DNA from: Mobula hypostoma
Lineage: Eukaryota
NCBI RefSeq assembly: GCF_963921235.1
Contig: NC_086097.1
Location: forward strand, 2,852,001 to 2,916,000
Direction: 5' to 3'
Length of the DNA: 64,000 nt
Shown here: piece after piece, positions 1-12,800 of the stretch
How positions within the stretch are numbered: position 1 is the first letter of the stretch
Layout: every line of letters starts with the position of its first letter
Made by a program: the position numbers and the translations under genes
Notes under the pieces: generated by a model
The model's database searches: none
The model's input: only the letters and a program-made list of their open reading frames with translations
What the model was told of the DNA's origin: nothing

Positions 1-188
1 GATACTGGAAAAAGACTGTCTGAATTGAGGAACTTAGTAAAAGCTGAAAAGTGTCTGTGTGCATGAACTGAGGGTAAGATGGATGGGAAAGTAAGACAGT
101 GCTAATGAGAAGCTGGTGTGGTTTGCAGCAGTGAGGTGGTTTTGGAATATTATTGAAGAAAAATCTATGTCACTAGATGAATTTAAGG

Positions 189-1337
189 CCATCAGACCAT
201 AAAGCATCAAACGTAGGAGCAGAGCTAGACCTTAGGGCCCATCGAGTCTGCTCTGACATTACATCATGGCTGACTTATTAACCCTCTCAACCCCATTCTC
301 CTGCATCTCCCTGTAACCTTTGACTCACTGATTAATCAAGAACCTATCAACCTCTGCTTTAAATATACCCAATGACTTTGTTGTAGCGTGGATGAAATCA
401 CCAGAGAGACAGTCAGTGGTAGATACAAAGCAGCTTCTTTATTCGACACAACAAGGTACAGCAGACATCTACGGAAGGAGACGCTTTCCGCAGAAAGGTC
501 TGCTAGCTCAATGTGGGCTCGATATTTATATGCTAAACACAAAGGCAATCGCTACTTAAAAAGTTACAGACAATGCATAGACAATGCTTCCTATTGAAGC
601 TACATACAAAATATCACACCTTCCTTTCCTTCCGATGCCAACATGTCTGAGTTGGTATCCACAGCCTTTAGGATTTACTTGGCATTTTACGTGCTAACAT
701 AGAAGACAATTAACATTTATAATGTGTAGATAAGACTGTCTTCGAAACTACAGCATCCGGTCAAACTACGGTGCCAGAAGCATCTGGTATTTACACCTTT
801 TAGGAAGCCCATTGTGGTGGACTCAATCCACAGTACTTTGTCAAATAGAAGTCTGGTGGCCAATGTCATTTAAGTGTAAACAAATCATCTACCCAAAAAC
901 TCACTCTAACAGACTTCGCCTCCACAGCTGCCTGTGGCAATGAATTCCACAGATTCTCCACTCACTGCTAAAGAAATTCCTCCTCATCTCTTTTCTAAGT
1001 GATATATATGTCCCTATATCCTGACGCTGCGCTCTGTGGTCCTAGACACCTCACTATAGGAAACATCCTCTCCACATCCATTCGATCCAGGCCTTTCAAT
1101 ATTTGATAGGTTGCTTTGAGATCCCCCATTATTCTTCTAAACTCCAGCGAGTACAGGGTCAGAGCCATCTAACGCTCCTCATACATTAACCCTTTCATCC
1201 TTAGAATCATTCTCGTGAACCTCCTCTGGATCCTCTCCAATGCCAGCACATCTTTTCTTAGATAAGGGGCCTAAAACTGCTTACAATACTCTGTACAGTT
1301 TGATAATGCCTTATAATCTCTCAGCATTACATCCTTA
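189..1337 (-). mobile_element. CR1-type LINE 3' fragment, split by a solo LTR
   Basis: Same sequence family as CR1 3' ends at 18909, 29998 and 54220; text is continuous across the 379-911 insertion. Confidence 0.8.
379..911 (-). mobile_element. Solo LTR (533 bp) with 5-bp TSD GACTT
   Basis: Termini TGTT...AACA; GACTT at 374-378 and 912-916; AATAAA and TATA-like motifs read on the minus strand. Confidence 0.8.
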
Positions 1338-1427
1338 GAGAACAGAAGCTATCTTGTTACATTTTACATTACCCAAGTTATGCAAGAGCACTGGCACTCT
1401 GGTTGCAATTCTGTCTGTTATGAGGAT

Positions 1428-2025
1428 CAACACACATCAAGTTGCTGGTGAACGCAGCAGGCCAGGCAGCATCTCTAGGAAGAGGTACAGTCGACGTTTC
1501 GGGCCAAGACCCTTCATCAGGACCAACTAAAAGAAGAGCTAGTAAGAGATTTGAAAGTGGGAGGGGGAGATCTAAAATGATAGGAGAAGACAGGAGGGGG
1601 AGGGATGGAGCCAAGAGCTGGACAGGTGATTGGCAAAAGGGATATGAGAGGATCATGGGACAGGAGGCCCAGGGAGAAGGAAAAGGGGGAGGGGGGGAAA
1701 CCCAGAGGATGGGCAAAGGTATAGTCAGAGGGACAGAGGGAGAAAAAGGAGAGAGAGAAAAAGAATATGTGTATATAAATATATAACGGATGGGGTACGA
1801 GGGGGAGGTGGGGCATTAGCGGAAGTTAGAGAAGTCAATGTTCATGCCATCAGGTTGGAGGCTACCCAGACGGAATATAAGGTGTTGTTCCTCCAACCTG
1901 AGTGTGGCTTCATCTTTACAGTAGAGGAGGCCGTGGATAGACATGTCAGAATGGGAATGGGACGTGGAATTAAAATGTGTGTCCACTGGGAGACCCTGCT
2001 TTCTCTGGCGGACAGAGCGTAGGTG
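1428..2025 (-). mobile_element. Penelope-like retroelement 3' fragment (GIY-YIG C-terminus + pLTR)
   Basis: Closely similar to 35275-35880, which adjoins the GIY-YIG ORF; hammerhead motif at 1488-1525. Confidence 0.85.
1488..1525 (-). ncRNA. Minimal type I hammerhead ribozyme motif
   Basis: Minus strand GGUC-CUGAUGA-A-GGGU(CUUG)GCCC-GAAAC-GUC^GACUG: intact core, stems I and II, palindromic loopless stem III. Confidence 0.7.
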
Positions 2026-2214
2026 TAATAAAACTTAATAAAACCGTAATAAAACTTAGTTAGATTTCAGCTAGGGTATTGTGCTAATTTCTGAAGGAAG
2101 GATGCATAGACCTTGCTGAAAGAGAAGAGGAATTTTTTGAGAAATGAAAGTGGGGGAGGAGAGGATTATGCAAAATGGAGAATCTGAACTCCATAAAATA
2201 TTGATGATTAAAGG

Positions 2215-2548
2215 CACAATTTGCAGAGATATTCAGACAATATCTTTTTCCCAGGATTGAAATGTCGAATATCACAAGACGTACTTAAAGTGAGATGGGG
2301 TAACTTCAAAGGAGCTATGAGAGGCAAGGGTGGAGGGTGCCTGGAATGTTCTGCCTGAGATGGTGGTAGATGCAGATACATTGGAGACTTTTAGATAGGC
2401 ACATGAACGCGAGGGAAATGGAAGATAAGGACATTGTGTTGTCAGAGGGGATTAGTTTAGTTCACCATTTGGTTACTAATTTAATTGTTTCGGCACTACA
2501 TATCAGGGGAAGGGCCTGTTCCTGTGCTGTACTGTTCTCTGTTCCACA
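2215..2548 (+). mobile_element. CR1 LINE 3' end fragment
   Basis: Degenerate ORF2 C-terminus and CR1 3' terminus (gggcctgttcctgtgctgtactgttct). Confidence 0.7.
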
Positions 2549-3937
2549 GTATGTTGTGTATAGTTTACTGGACTAAGGCAAATTCCTCGGTGTGACAGAG
2601 CCATTGACGACAAGAAGACTTAAAGAAAATTGGCAAAAGAACGGGTGGACACACCAACAAACTACTTTATACACACACTATTAGATTTTTAGTTTTATAT
2701 ATAAAGCTACTTTATGTACATACATGGCAGCAGAAGAATACTCAATGGTAACATTTAGCAGAAGAACGGATGTGGAGAGTGAAAGGTGGGAAGGTCATGG
2801 AACTAACTGTTTAATTGTGCAGTCCTGCGAGGACGCGATGATCCAGAGCACTCTTGTGTTGGACCAGTTTATTCTGACATAGGACAGAAGTACCGTGGGA
2901 GTTTTTTCCATGTTTCCACTGCAGCCTTCTGGTTTTGATTTGAAACCAAAAGTTCCCTGCCTGCTCGAATGAACAGCAAGATCTAACTCAGAAGAATATG
3001 GTGTTTCTGTATTCATGTTCTCTCCAACTTGTAACACTACCAACACGAGCAGAATGTGAATTAACTAGCCACCGATCTCTAACTGAGAATTTGCAGTGTG
3101 TAAAATTAGAGTAGTTGAGGCTTGGGATACCCCGAGTGGATGAAATATATTGGTCTTGTTTGTTTTCCACTTGCAATGTTCTTCCTGAACAGGTTCAAAG
3201 GACAATTTAAATGAAAGTTTATCATGAATATTTAGCATTTAAGGATTATATTTTCATAATAACACATAAACATAACTTAAACATATTTATAATAAACCAC
3301 AAACACAAGAGAATCTACTGATGCTGTAAATCCAAAACAACACACACACAAAATGTTGGAGGAACACAGCAGGTCAGGTAGCATCTGTGGAAAAGAATAA
3401 ACAGTCAACATTCCGGGCCATCGGGACTGGAAGGAAAGAGGAGAAGTCAGAGTATGAAGAGTTTCTTTTACAATAAACTAACTTGAGTAATAAAAACTTA
3501 TTTATAGAACACTTTTCAGACAGACGAAGTAGTTCAAAGTGAACAAACTCTTCTCGGGCGTCCAGCCGGATAAAGGTATCAATTTTAACTGACATTTTGA
3601 TGACAACCTCTGCCATTTTCATTAGTTCAAAGTGCTTTACAATGGGATAAAGTGCAAACATGAAAATAAAGGACAATAAAGATGTTAGTTAAAAGCAAGG
3701 TTAAATGAATAGGTTTTGATCTGTGTTTAAGTGTCAACAGAGTCTGGATCCCATATAGTTTTAGGTATCGAGATCCACAGTTCAGGGGTGTAGTTCAGAA
3801 AAGCTGACTTTCCAAATCTCTTTTGAGGGAGATTGCTTAAATTTAAGAGACTGGTGGAAGAAGACCTGAGAGCTCGAGCAGGATTATAAAACAAAAGCTG
3901 TTCTGTGATTACTCCAGTCCCAGACTATTAAGAGGAA

Positions 3938-6900
3938 TATAGAATCATAGAAAATATACAGTGCAATACAGGCCATTTGGCCCACAAAGCTGTGCTGAAC
4001 ATGTCCCTACCTTAGAACTACCTAGGCTTTACCCATAGCCCTTTATTTTTCTAAGCTCCATGTAGCCATCTAGGAGTTTCTTAAAAGACCCTATCACTTC
4101 CGCCTCCACCACTGCCGCCGGCAGCCCATTCCATGCACTCACCACTCTCTGTGTAAAAAACTTACCCCTGACATCTCCTCTGTACCTATTTCCAAGCACC
4201 TTAAAACTATGCTTTCTCGTATTAGCCAATTCAGCCCTGGGGAAAAGCCTCTGACTATCCACACAATCAATGCCTCTCGTCATCTTGTACACCTCTATCA
4301 AGTCACCTCTCATCCTCCGTTGCTCCAAGGAGAAAAGGCCAAGTTCACTCAACCTATTCCCATAAGGCATGCTCCCTAATCCTGGCAACATCCTTGTAAA
4401 TCTCCTCTGCACCCTTTCTATGGTTTTCACGTCCCTCCTATAGTGAGGTGACCAGAATTGGGCACAGTACTCTAAGTGGGGTCTGACCAGGGTCCTAAAT
4501 AGCTGCAACATTACCTCTTGACTCTTAAACTCAATCCCATGATTGATGAAGGCCAATGCACTGTACGCCTTCTTAACCACAGAGTCAACCTGCGTAGCAG
4601 CTTCCAGTGTCCTATGGACTCCGACCCCAAGATCCCTCTGATCCTCCACACTGCCAAGAGTCTTAACATTAATACTATATTCTACCATCATATTTGACCT
4701 ACCAAAATGAACCACCTCACACTTATCTGGGTTGAACCCCATCTGCCACTTCTCAGCCCAGTTTTTCATCCTATCAATGCCCTGTAACCTCTGACAGCCC
4801 TCCACACAATCCACAACACACCCAACCTTTGTGTCATCAGCAAATTTACTAACCCAACCCTCCACTTCCCCATCCAGGTCATTTATAAAAATCACAAAGA
4901 GTAGGGGTCCCAGAACAGATCCCTGAGGCACACCACTGGTCACCGGCCTCCATGCAGAGTATGATCCGTCTACAAGCACTCTTTGCCTTCTGTGAGCAAG
5001 CCAGTTCTGGATCCACAAAGCAATGTCCCCTTGGATCCCATGCCTCCTTACCTTCTCAATAAGCCTTGCATGGGGTACCTTATCAAATGCCTTGCTGAAA
5101 TCCATATACACTACATCCACTGTTCTTCCTCCATCAATGTGTTTAGTCACATCCCCAAAAAATTCAATCAGGCTCGTAAGGCACTACCTGCCTTTGACAA
5201 AGCCATGTTGACTATTCCTAATCATATTATGCCTCTCCAAATGTTCATAAATCCTGCCTCTCAGGATCTTCTCCATCAACTTACCAACCACTGAAGTAAG
5301 ACTCACTGGCTTATAATTTCCTGGGATATCTCTACACCCTTTCTTAAATAAGGGAACAACATCCGCAACCCTCTAATCCTCCTGAACCTCTCCCATCCTC
5401 ATTGATGATGCAAAGATCATCGCCAGAGGCTCAGCAATCTCCTCCCTCACTTCCCACAGTAGCCTGGGGTACATCCAGTCCGGTCCCGGTGACTTATCCA
5501 ACTTGATGCTTTCCAAAAGCTCCAGCACATCCTCTTTCTTAATATCTATATTCTCAAGCTTTTCAGTCCTCTGTAAGTCATCCCTACAATCCCCAAGATC
5601 CTTTTCCATAGTGAATACTGAAGCAAAGTATTCATTAAGTACCTCTGCTATTTCCTCCGGTTCCATACACACTCTTCCGTTGTCACACTTGATAGGTCCT
5701 ATTCTTTCACATCTCATCCTCTTGCTCTTCACATACTTGTAGAATGCCTTGAGGTTTTCCTTAATCCTACCCGACAAGGCCTTCTCATGGCTCCTTCTGG
5801 CTCTCCTAATTTCATTCTTAAACTCCTTCCTGCAAGCCTTATAATCTTCTAGATTCATATCATTACCTCATTTTGTGAACCTTTTGTAAGCTCTTCTTTT
5901 CTTCTTGGCTAGATTTATAACAGCCTTTGTACACCACGAATCTTGTACTGTACCATCCTTTCCATGTCTCAGAACCCCATGCAAATATCTCCTGAACATT
6001 TGCCATATTTCTTTGGTACATTTCCCTGAGAACATCTGTTTCCAATTTATGCTTCCAAGTTCCTGCCTGATAGCTTCATATTTCCCCTTACTCCAACTAA
6101 ACATTTTAATAACTTGTCTGTTCCTGTCCCCCTCCAATACTATGGTAAAGGAGATAGAATTGTGATCACCATCTCCAAAATGCTCTCCGACTGAGAGACC
6201 TGACACCTGACCAGGTTCATTTCCCAATACTAGATCAAGTACAGCCTCTCCTCTTGTAGGTTTATCTACATATTGTGTCAAGAAACCTTCCTGAACACAC
6301 CTAACAAACTCTACCCCATCTAAACCCCTCACTCTAGCGAGATGGCAATCAATATTTGGGAAATTAAAATCTTCCACCACAACAACCCTGTTATTATTAT
6401 TCCTTTCCAGAATCTGTCTCCCTATCTGCTGCTTGATATCCCTGTTACTATTAGGAGGTCTATAAAAAACCCAGTAGAATTATTGACCCCTTCTTATTCC
6501 TAACTTCCACCCACAGAGACTCCATAGACAACCCTTCCATGACTTCCTCCTTTTCTGCAGCCGTGACACTATCTCTGATCAACAGTGCCACACCCCCACC
6601 TCTTTTGCCTCCCTCCCTGTCCTTTCTGAAACATCTAAAGCCTGGCACTTGAAGTAGCCATTCCTGCCCCTGCACCATTCAAGTCTCTGTAATGGCCACA
6701 TCATACCTCCATGCTGATCGACACTTTATGTGCTCATCTGCTCTATTCATGATACCCCTCATATTAAAATAGACACATCTCAAACCATCGGTCTGAGTGT
6801 GTCCCTTTTCTATCACCTACCTATCCTCCCTTTCACACTGTCTCCAAGCTTTCTCTATTTCTGAGCCAACCTCCCTTTCCTCCGTCACTTCAATTCAGTT

Positions 6901-7515
6901 CCCACCCCCCAGCAATTCTAGTTTAAACTTTCCCTAATAGCCTTAGCAAACCTCCCCACCAGGATATTGGTCTCACTCAGATTCAAGTGCAACCCATCCT
7001 TTTTGTACAGGTCACGCCTGCCCCAAAAGAGGTCCCAATGATCCAGAAATCTGAATCCCTGTCCCCTGCGCAATCCCTCAGCCACGCATTTATCTTCCAC
7101 CTCATTCTATTCCTATACTCACTGTCGTGTGGCACAGGCAGGAATCCCGAGATTCCTACCTTTGGGGTCCTGCTTCTCAACTTCCTTCCTAACTCTCTGT
7201 ATTCTGTTTTCAGGGCCTCCTCCCTATGTCGTTGGTACCAATATGCACCATGACCTCTGGCTGTTCCCCTTCCCACTTCAAGATATCGTGGATGCGATCA
7301 GAAACATCCCAGACCCTGGCACCTGGGAGGCAAACTACCATCCGAGTTTCTTTCCTGCATCCATAGAATCGCCTATCTGACCCGCTAAGTATAGAGTCCC
7401 CTATCACTACTGCCATCCTCTTCCTTTCCTTACCCTTCTGAGCTACAGGGCCGTACTCTGTGCCAGAGGCACGTCCACTGTTGCTTCCCCCAGGTAGGCC
7501 ATCTGCCCCCCCCCC
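3938..7515 (-). mobile_element. Near full-length decayed CR1 LINE: ORF1 SGNH/GDSL esterase part + ORF2 (APE endonuclease, RT)
   Basis: ORF1 motifs VIGDSIL / LPGA / HIGTNDI / KDGLHLN (6918-7420); ORF2 pieces [26 protein letters not shown] (4029-6678); several frameshifts; (atagaa)-type tail. Confidence 0.93.
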
Positions 7516-7649
7516 CAAGTCACAAACATAAGCAATGTGTAACCTGCAGTAAGGTACAAGACTGTTGCGGATTTTGCTATAGTTTCTGTTGTTGGTCTGT
7601 ACATGGTGGGGAAGATGGGAAGTCTCTGAAGCTCTATCTTGGGCCCAAC

Positions 7650-8035
7650 ATATTGATGCAATTACAAAGAGGGCATGACAGCGGCAATATTTCATTAGGA
7701 GTTTGAGGAAACTTGGTATGTCACCAAAGACTCGCAAAATTCTACAGAAGTACTGTGGTACTTGTTGCTCCACCGTCTGGTATGGGGGAGGCACGGCACG
7801 GCATGGCATGGCACGGCACTGCACTGCATCGGCAAGTTGTAAACTCACCAACTGCATCGTGGACACTCGCCTCCCCAGTACTGAGGACAACCTCAATAAG
7901 GGCCCCCATCACCCAGGACATGTCCTTTTCTTATTTCTACCATCAAGGAGGAGGCACAGGATCTTGACGACACACACCCAACATTTTAGGAACAGCTTCT
8001 TTCCCACTGCCAGATTTTGAATGGACGATGAAGTC
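7650..8035 (+). mobile_element. Rex1/Babar-like LINE 3' fragment
   Basis: Peptide HPGHVLFLFLPSRRR...FRNSFFP typical of the RT C-terminal region of this clade. Confidence 0.7.
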
Positions 8036-8325
8036 GTAAAGAATTTTAAGCAACACACAAAATGTTGGAGGAACTCAGCAGGCTAGGCAGCGTCTATGGA
8101 ACAAAGTACAGCTGACGTTTTAGAAAGACTTTCTCTTGTTTGCCATAAAGCATTTTTATTTGTTGAGTATTTTCCCTCTCTTTTTGCACTATTTATTAAA
8201 TTTAATTAGAAATATTTAGACATATATTTCATTCATTCATCTTGTGTCATGTTATGATCACGGTGTCATGACCATGTTTGTTCTTGGCAAATTTTTCTAC
8301 CGAAGTTGTTTGCTATTGCCTTCTC

Positions 8326-8524
8326 AAACAAGAAAAAATCTGCAAATGCTGGAAATCCAAGCAACATATACAAAAATGCTGGAGGAACTCAGCAGATCAG
8401 ACAGCATCACTTGAAAAAGAGTAAACAGTTGATGTTTTGGGTGGACGGCCTGAAATGTTGACTGTACCCTTTTCCATAGATGTTGCCTGACCTACTGAGT
8501 TCCTCCAACATTTTGTGTGTGTTG
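8326..8524. repeat. Penelope pLTR-derived inverted repeat (hairpin element)
   Basis: caaaatgctggaggaactcagcag arm versus ctgagttcctccaacattttgtg arm; degenerate hammerhead remnants in the centre. Confidence 0.65.
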
Positions 8525-8599
8525 TCATTGACAGTGCCATTACGAGATGGGTGACCCCCAGTCATATCAATATTCTTCAGAGATTGCCTGCCTGTCATC

Positions 8600-11500
8600 A
8601 GTGGTCGCATAACCAGCGAACCCCTAATTCTCGTTGGTGTTCCAACATGGCAGTTCTGTTGAACTTAAGTTGCTCTGACTTGGAACAGCTCATGGTCAAA
8701 TGCAGATCATTCTATTTACCGTGGGAGCTCTCATCTGAGATCCTGACTGCAGCCTCTATACCACCTACAGTCGAATATAAGCAAGCACATGTGACACTGC
8801 ACGATGTTGTCTGGAAACTAGAAAGGACCCATCCTGATCTATTTCAAATTATAGTCAGTGACTTTAACCAGACCTGTTTGAAGAAAAACATGCCCAATTA
8901 TCACCAGCCTGTAACCTGTTGCACCAGAAGTCCCAACATACTAGAGCACTGCTACATTCAGATAAGGAATGCCTGCCGTTCCTTGCCTAGACTGTAGTTT
9001 TGTATTCCGGTCACTTGGCTGTCCTGCTCCTTGTATACAGGCAGAGCCTGAAATGCCGGGCCCAGAGATTAGGACAACAAAGAGGCCGAGGAATTGCTCA
9101 GAGACAGTGGACTGAGCCATGTTCGGAATTCAAAGTAAAGTTCATTATCAGAGTACATACATGTCACCACTTACAATCCTGAGATTCGTTTTCTGTGGGC
9201 ATACTCAGCAAATCTATATAACAGTAACTGTAAATAGGATCGGTAAAGTCTAAACATTAGGGACTGTAAACAAACTGCAAATACAGATAATAAGTAAATA
9301 GCGATCAATAATGAGCCTGAAATAACAATATAAAAGAGTCTTTAAACAGGTATAGTTATCCCCTTTTGTTCAAGGGCCTGACGGTTGAGGGGTAGTATCT
9401 GTTCTTGAACCTGGTGGTGCGAGTCCCGAGGCTCTTGAAGCAGCAAGGAAAGAGCATGGCCTGGCTGTGAGGATCTGATGATGGATGTTGCTTTTCTATG
9501 GCAGTGTTTCATGTAGATGTGCTCAGTGGGTGCCAGGGTTTTACCTGAGATGTACCGGGCCGAATCCACTACCTTTTGTAGGATTTTCCACTCAAAGGCA
9601 TTGGTGTTCCCGTACCAGGCCGTAATGCAGCCAGTCAGCACACTGTCCACCACACATCTATAGGTTTGCCAAGGTTTTTGATTCCATGCCAAATCTCCGC
9701 AAACTTCTGAGGAAGTAGAGGTGCTGTCGTGCTTTCTTCACAATGATATTTATATGATGGGTCCAGGACAGGTCTTCTGAGATCATGACGCCCAGGAATT
9801 TAAAGACCTGTTCCATCTTTGATTCTCCTATGATTACTGGCTCATGGACTCATCTAGAGATCTGAATGAATATACTATGGTTGTAATGGACTATATTAAA
9901 ACAGCTGTAAATGAGTGTGTCCCCACTAAATCATTCAGTCTTCCCCTATCAGAAGCCCTGGATGAACCACAAGATCAGAAATCTGCTGAGGCTTTCAAGT
10001 CTGGAGACAAAAAAAAACTACAAGAGGTGCAGGTATGATATCTGGAAGGCCATCTCATGGGTGAAATGGGGATTCTTGAATCAATGAGAGATGCTCAGCG
10101 ACATGGTAGACAGCAGGGCTTCGCTTCCAGGTGAGCTCAATGCCTTCTGTGCTCGCTTTGGCCATCGGAACGTGGAGGAACCATCACGAACCCCATCTCC
10201 TGATGATCCTTTGATCTCAGTATCTGAAGCTGACGTGCGGACTGCCTTCAGGAAGGTGAATGGAAGGAAACCATCTGGACTGGATGGGGTACCTGGCCGT
10301 GTACTAAAGACCTGTGCTGTCCAACAGGCTGGTGTGTTCACTGACATCTTTAACCTCTCACTTCGGCAGCGTGCGGAACCCACCTGCTTCAAGCAGGCTT
10401 CAGTTGTACTGGTGCCCAAGAAGAACATGGTGACCTGCCTCAATGACTGCCCAGTTGTGCAGATCCAGAGTGATGAAGTGTTTTGGAGAGACTGGTGATG
10501 AAACATAACAGCTCCTTCCTGCCTGAGAATCAACTTGGATCTGCTCCAGTTTCCCTACTGGAGCAACAGGTCCACAGTAGATGCCATTTCATCGGCTCTT
10601 CACTCAGTCCTGGAACATCCGGACAGCAAAGATGCATACATCAGGATGACCTTTATCAACTACACTTCAGCATTTAATACCATCATCCCTCAAAACTGAT
10701 CAATGAACTCCTAGATCTTGGCCTCAATACCTTGATGTGCAATTGGATACTGGATTTTCTCACTTGTAAACCCCAGCCAGTTCGGATTGACATCATCATC
10801 TCCTCCCTGATCTCTATCAGCACAGGTGCACAGCAGGGCAGTATGCAAAGCCCACTACTCTACTCGCTTTACACCTCAGACTGTGTGGCTAAGCAAAGCT
10901 CCAAGTTTGCTGAAGACACCATTTGTGGGCTGAATCAAAGGTGGTGATGAATCAGCATACAGGAGGGAGACTGAAAATTTTGCTGAGTGGTATCATAACA
11001 ACCACCTCCCACTCAATGTCAATAAGACCAAAGAACTGATTGTAGACTTCAGGAGAGGGAAACCAGAGATCCATGAGCCAGTGACTCAGACGTGGAGAGG
11101 GTGAGCAACTTTAAATTCCTGGGTGTCACTATTTTGGAGGTTCTGTTCTGGGCCTAAATGCAAGTACAATTGTGAAGAAAGCATGGTAGTGCCTCTACTT
11201 CCTTAGGGGTCTGTGGAGATTTAGCATGACATCAAAAACCTTGACATACTTCTGCAGATATGCAATGGAGAGTGTACTGACTGGCTGCATGGGAACACCA
11301 ATGCTTTTGAATGGAAAATCCTCCAAAAGGTAAGAGATTCGGCCCAGTACATCATGGTTATAACAATCCCAACCATCGAGCACATCTACATGAAACGTTG
11401 TTGCAGGAAAGCAGCATCCGCCATCAGAGATCCCCACCAATGTGGCGGTGCCATCACTGTTGCCATTAGGTAGAAGACAGCATCCATTATTAAGGACCTC

Positions 11501-12240
11501 CAGCACCCAGGGCTGCCCTTTTCTCACTGTTACCATCAGGGAGGAGATACAGAAGCCTGAAGGCACACTCAGTGATTCAGGAACAGCTTCTTCCCCTCTG
11601 CCATCCGATTCCTAAATGGACATTGAAGCTTTGGACACTACCTCACTTTTTAAAATATACAGTATTTCTGTTTTTGCACATTTTAAAATAATCTATTCAA
11701 TATATGTATTTGATTTACCTGTTTATTTATCATTATGTTTTATTTTATTTATTATTATTTTTTCTCTCTCTCTCGGCTAGATTATGTATTGCATTGAATC
11801 ACTGCTGCTAAGTTAACAAATTTCACGTCACACGCCGGTGATAATAAACCTGATTCCGATTTTGATTCTTATTCTGATTCTGATACAGGCGCCTCCGGAC
11901 TCGCACCGTCAGGTTCAAGAACAGTGACTACCCCTTATCCGTCGGGCTCTTGAAGAGAAGGGGACAGTCAGTTGCCCATCCATTGAGATGTTCCCACAGT
12001 CAGTGGACTCAATTTAAAGACTCTTTATCTCGTTATCTCACGTTCTCTCTATTTATTGCCATTTATTTGTATTTGCATTTGCAGTTTGTTGTCTTCTGCC
12101 CTCAACTTGATCTTTCACTCAGCCTGTTATAGTTGCTATTCCACCGATTTGCTGAGCATGACAACAGGTAAATGAATTTCAGGGTTGTACGTGGTGACAT
12201 TAATGTACTCTGATAATAAAAAAATTACTTTGAACTTTGG
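8600..12240 (+). mobile_element. Decayed Rex1/Babar-clade LINE (endonuclease + RT) with nested Rex fragments
   Basis: Peptides DFNQ, ELNAFCARF, DGVPGRVLK...VFTDIFNLSL, CNWILDFLT, GAQQG..SPLLYSLYT; tail ...actttgaactttg; nested inverted fragment at ~9122-9845 and (ctgatt)n-tailed fragment at ~11500-11885. Confidence 0.85.
9122..9845 (-). mobile_element. Rex1/Babar 3' fragment inserted in opposite orientation
   Basis: ORF 9342..9692 SVLTGCITAWYG...LQKVVDSA; same family as 38770-40683. Confidence 0.75.
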
Positions 12241-12244
12241 ACGT

Positions 12245-12800
12245 GCTCTGCACCAGCTGCTCCCATGGCTTCGCGTGACTGATCGTGGGGGTGGCGGTGG
12301 GGGTTGCTAAGCAGGTGCTGCACCTCTGCCCGAGTGAGAGCTCCGGGCTCGCGGAGGGAAGGAGCGCTGACTGGTACCTGACGCATCTCCACCCCACTAA
12401 CCCCTCTCTCTGTATACACTTTTTCCCATTGTAATTTATATATTTTTTTCCTATTATGTCTTGCACTTTACTGCTACCTGAAAGCAGCAAGTTTGACGAC
12501 AGAGGGTGCGATGATACCTGAGAGACGGTGGGCAGGGAGCGGCCACGGTCCCGGTCCAGAGGCGGAGGCGGCGGCAGTGCCGGCAGCCGAGAGCCGGGTA
12601 GCGCGCATGCGCCGCCGGACCGCGACCGACCCTCTGCGAAGATGCTCGATGGCGGATTTGATGCTGGTGACCGGCGCCTTTGAGAAAACAAAATGTCCAC
12701 CAAGGCCGAGCAATGTGAGTATCGAGTTTGTTCTGGCAAAGCAGAGTACCGTTATCAAATGAGAGACGTTATTATTCTGCCGTGTACCATCTGCCATCCC
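12245..12800 (+). promoter_or_regulatory. CpG-island-like promoter / 5' leader of UNC79
   Basis: GC- and CpG-rich non-TE segment directly upstream of the ATG exon; GCGCATGCGC (NRF1-type palindrome) at 12603-12612, GATGGCGG (YY1-like) at 12648-12655; TSS not determinable. Confidence 0.75.
12693..12714 (+). CDS. UNC79: UNC79 coding exon 1 (MSTKAEQ + first base of Phe codon)
   Basis: ATG TCC ACC AAG GCC GAG CAA T|GTGAGT; A at -3; in-frame TGA at 12681-12683 upstream; matches the remembered vertebrate UNC79 N-terminus MSTKAEQF and joins in phase to the exon at 41355. Confidence 0.92.

Noticed and set aside
1378..1816. Pro/Leu- and Gly/Arg-rich ORFs (also 35311-35738)
   Set aside because: Translations of the purine/pyrimidine-skewed Penelope terminal region.
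1..12200. Coding exons of the expected neighbour BTBD7 (or COX8C)
   Set aside because: No matching peptide recognised in any listed ORF or in the segments I read.
12200..12797. Minus-strand ORFs (179 aa, 107 aa) over the CpG island
   Set aside because: GC-rich sequence is stop-poor; no recognisable protein; one ORF runs into a LINE tail.
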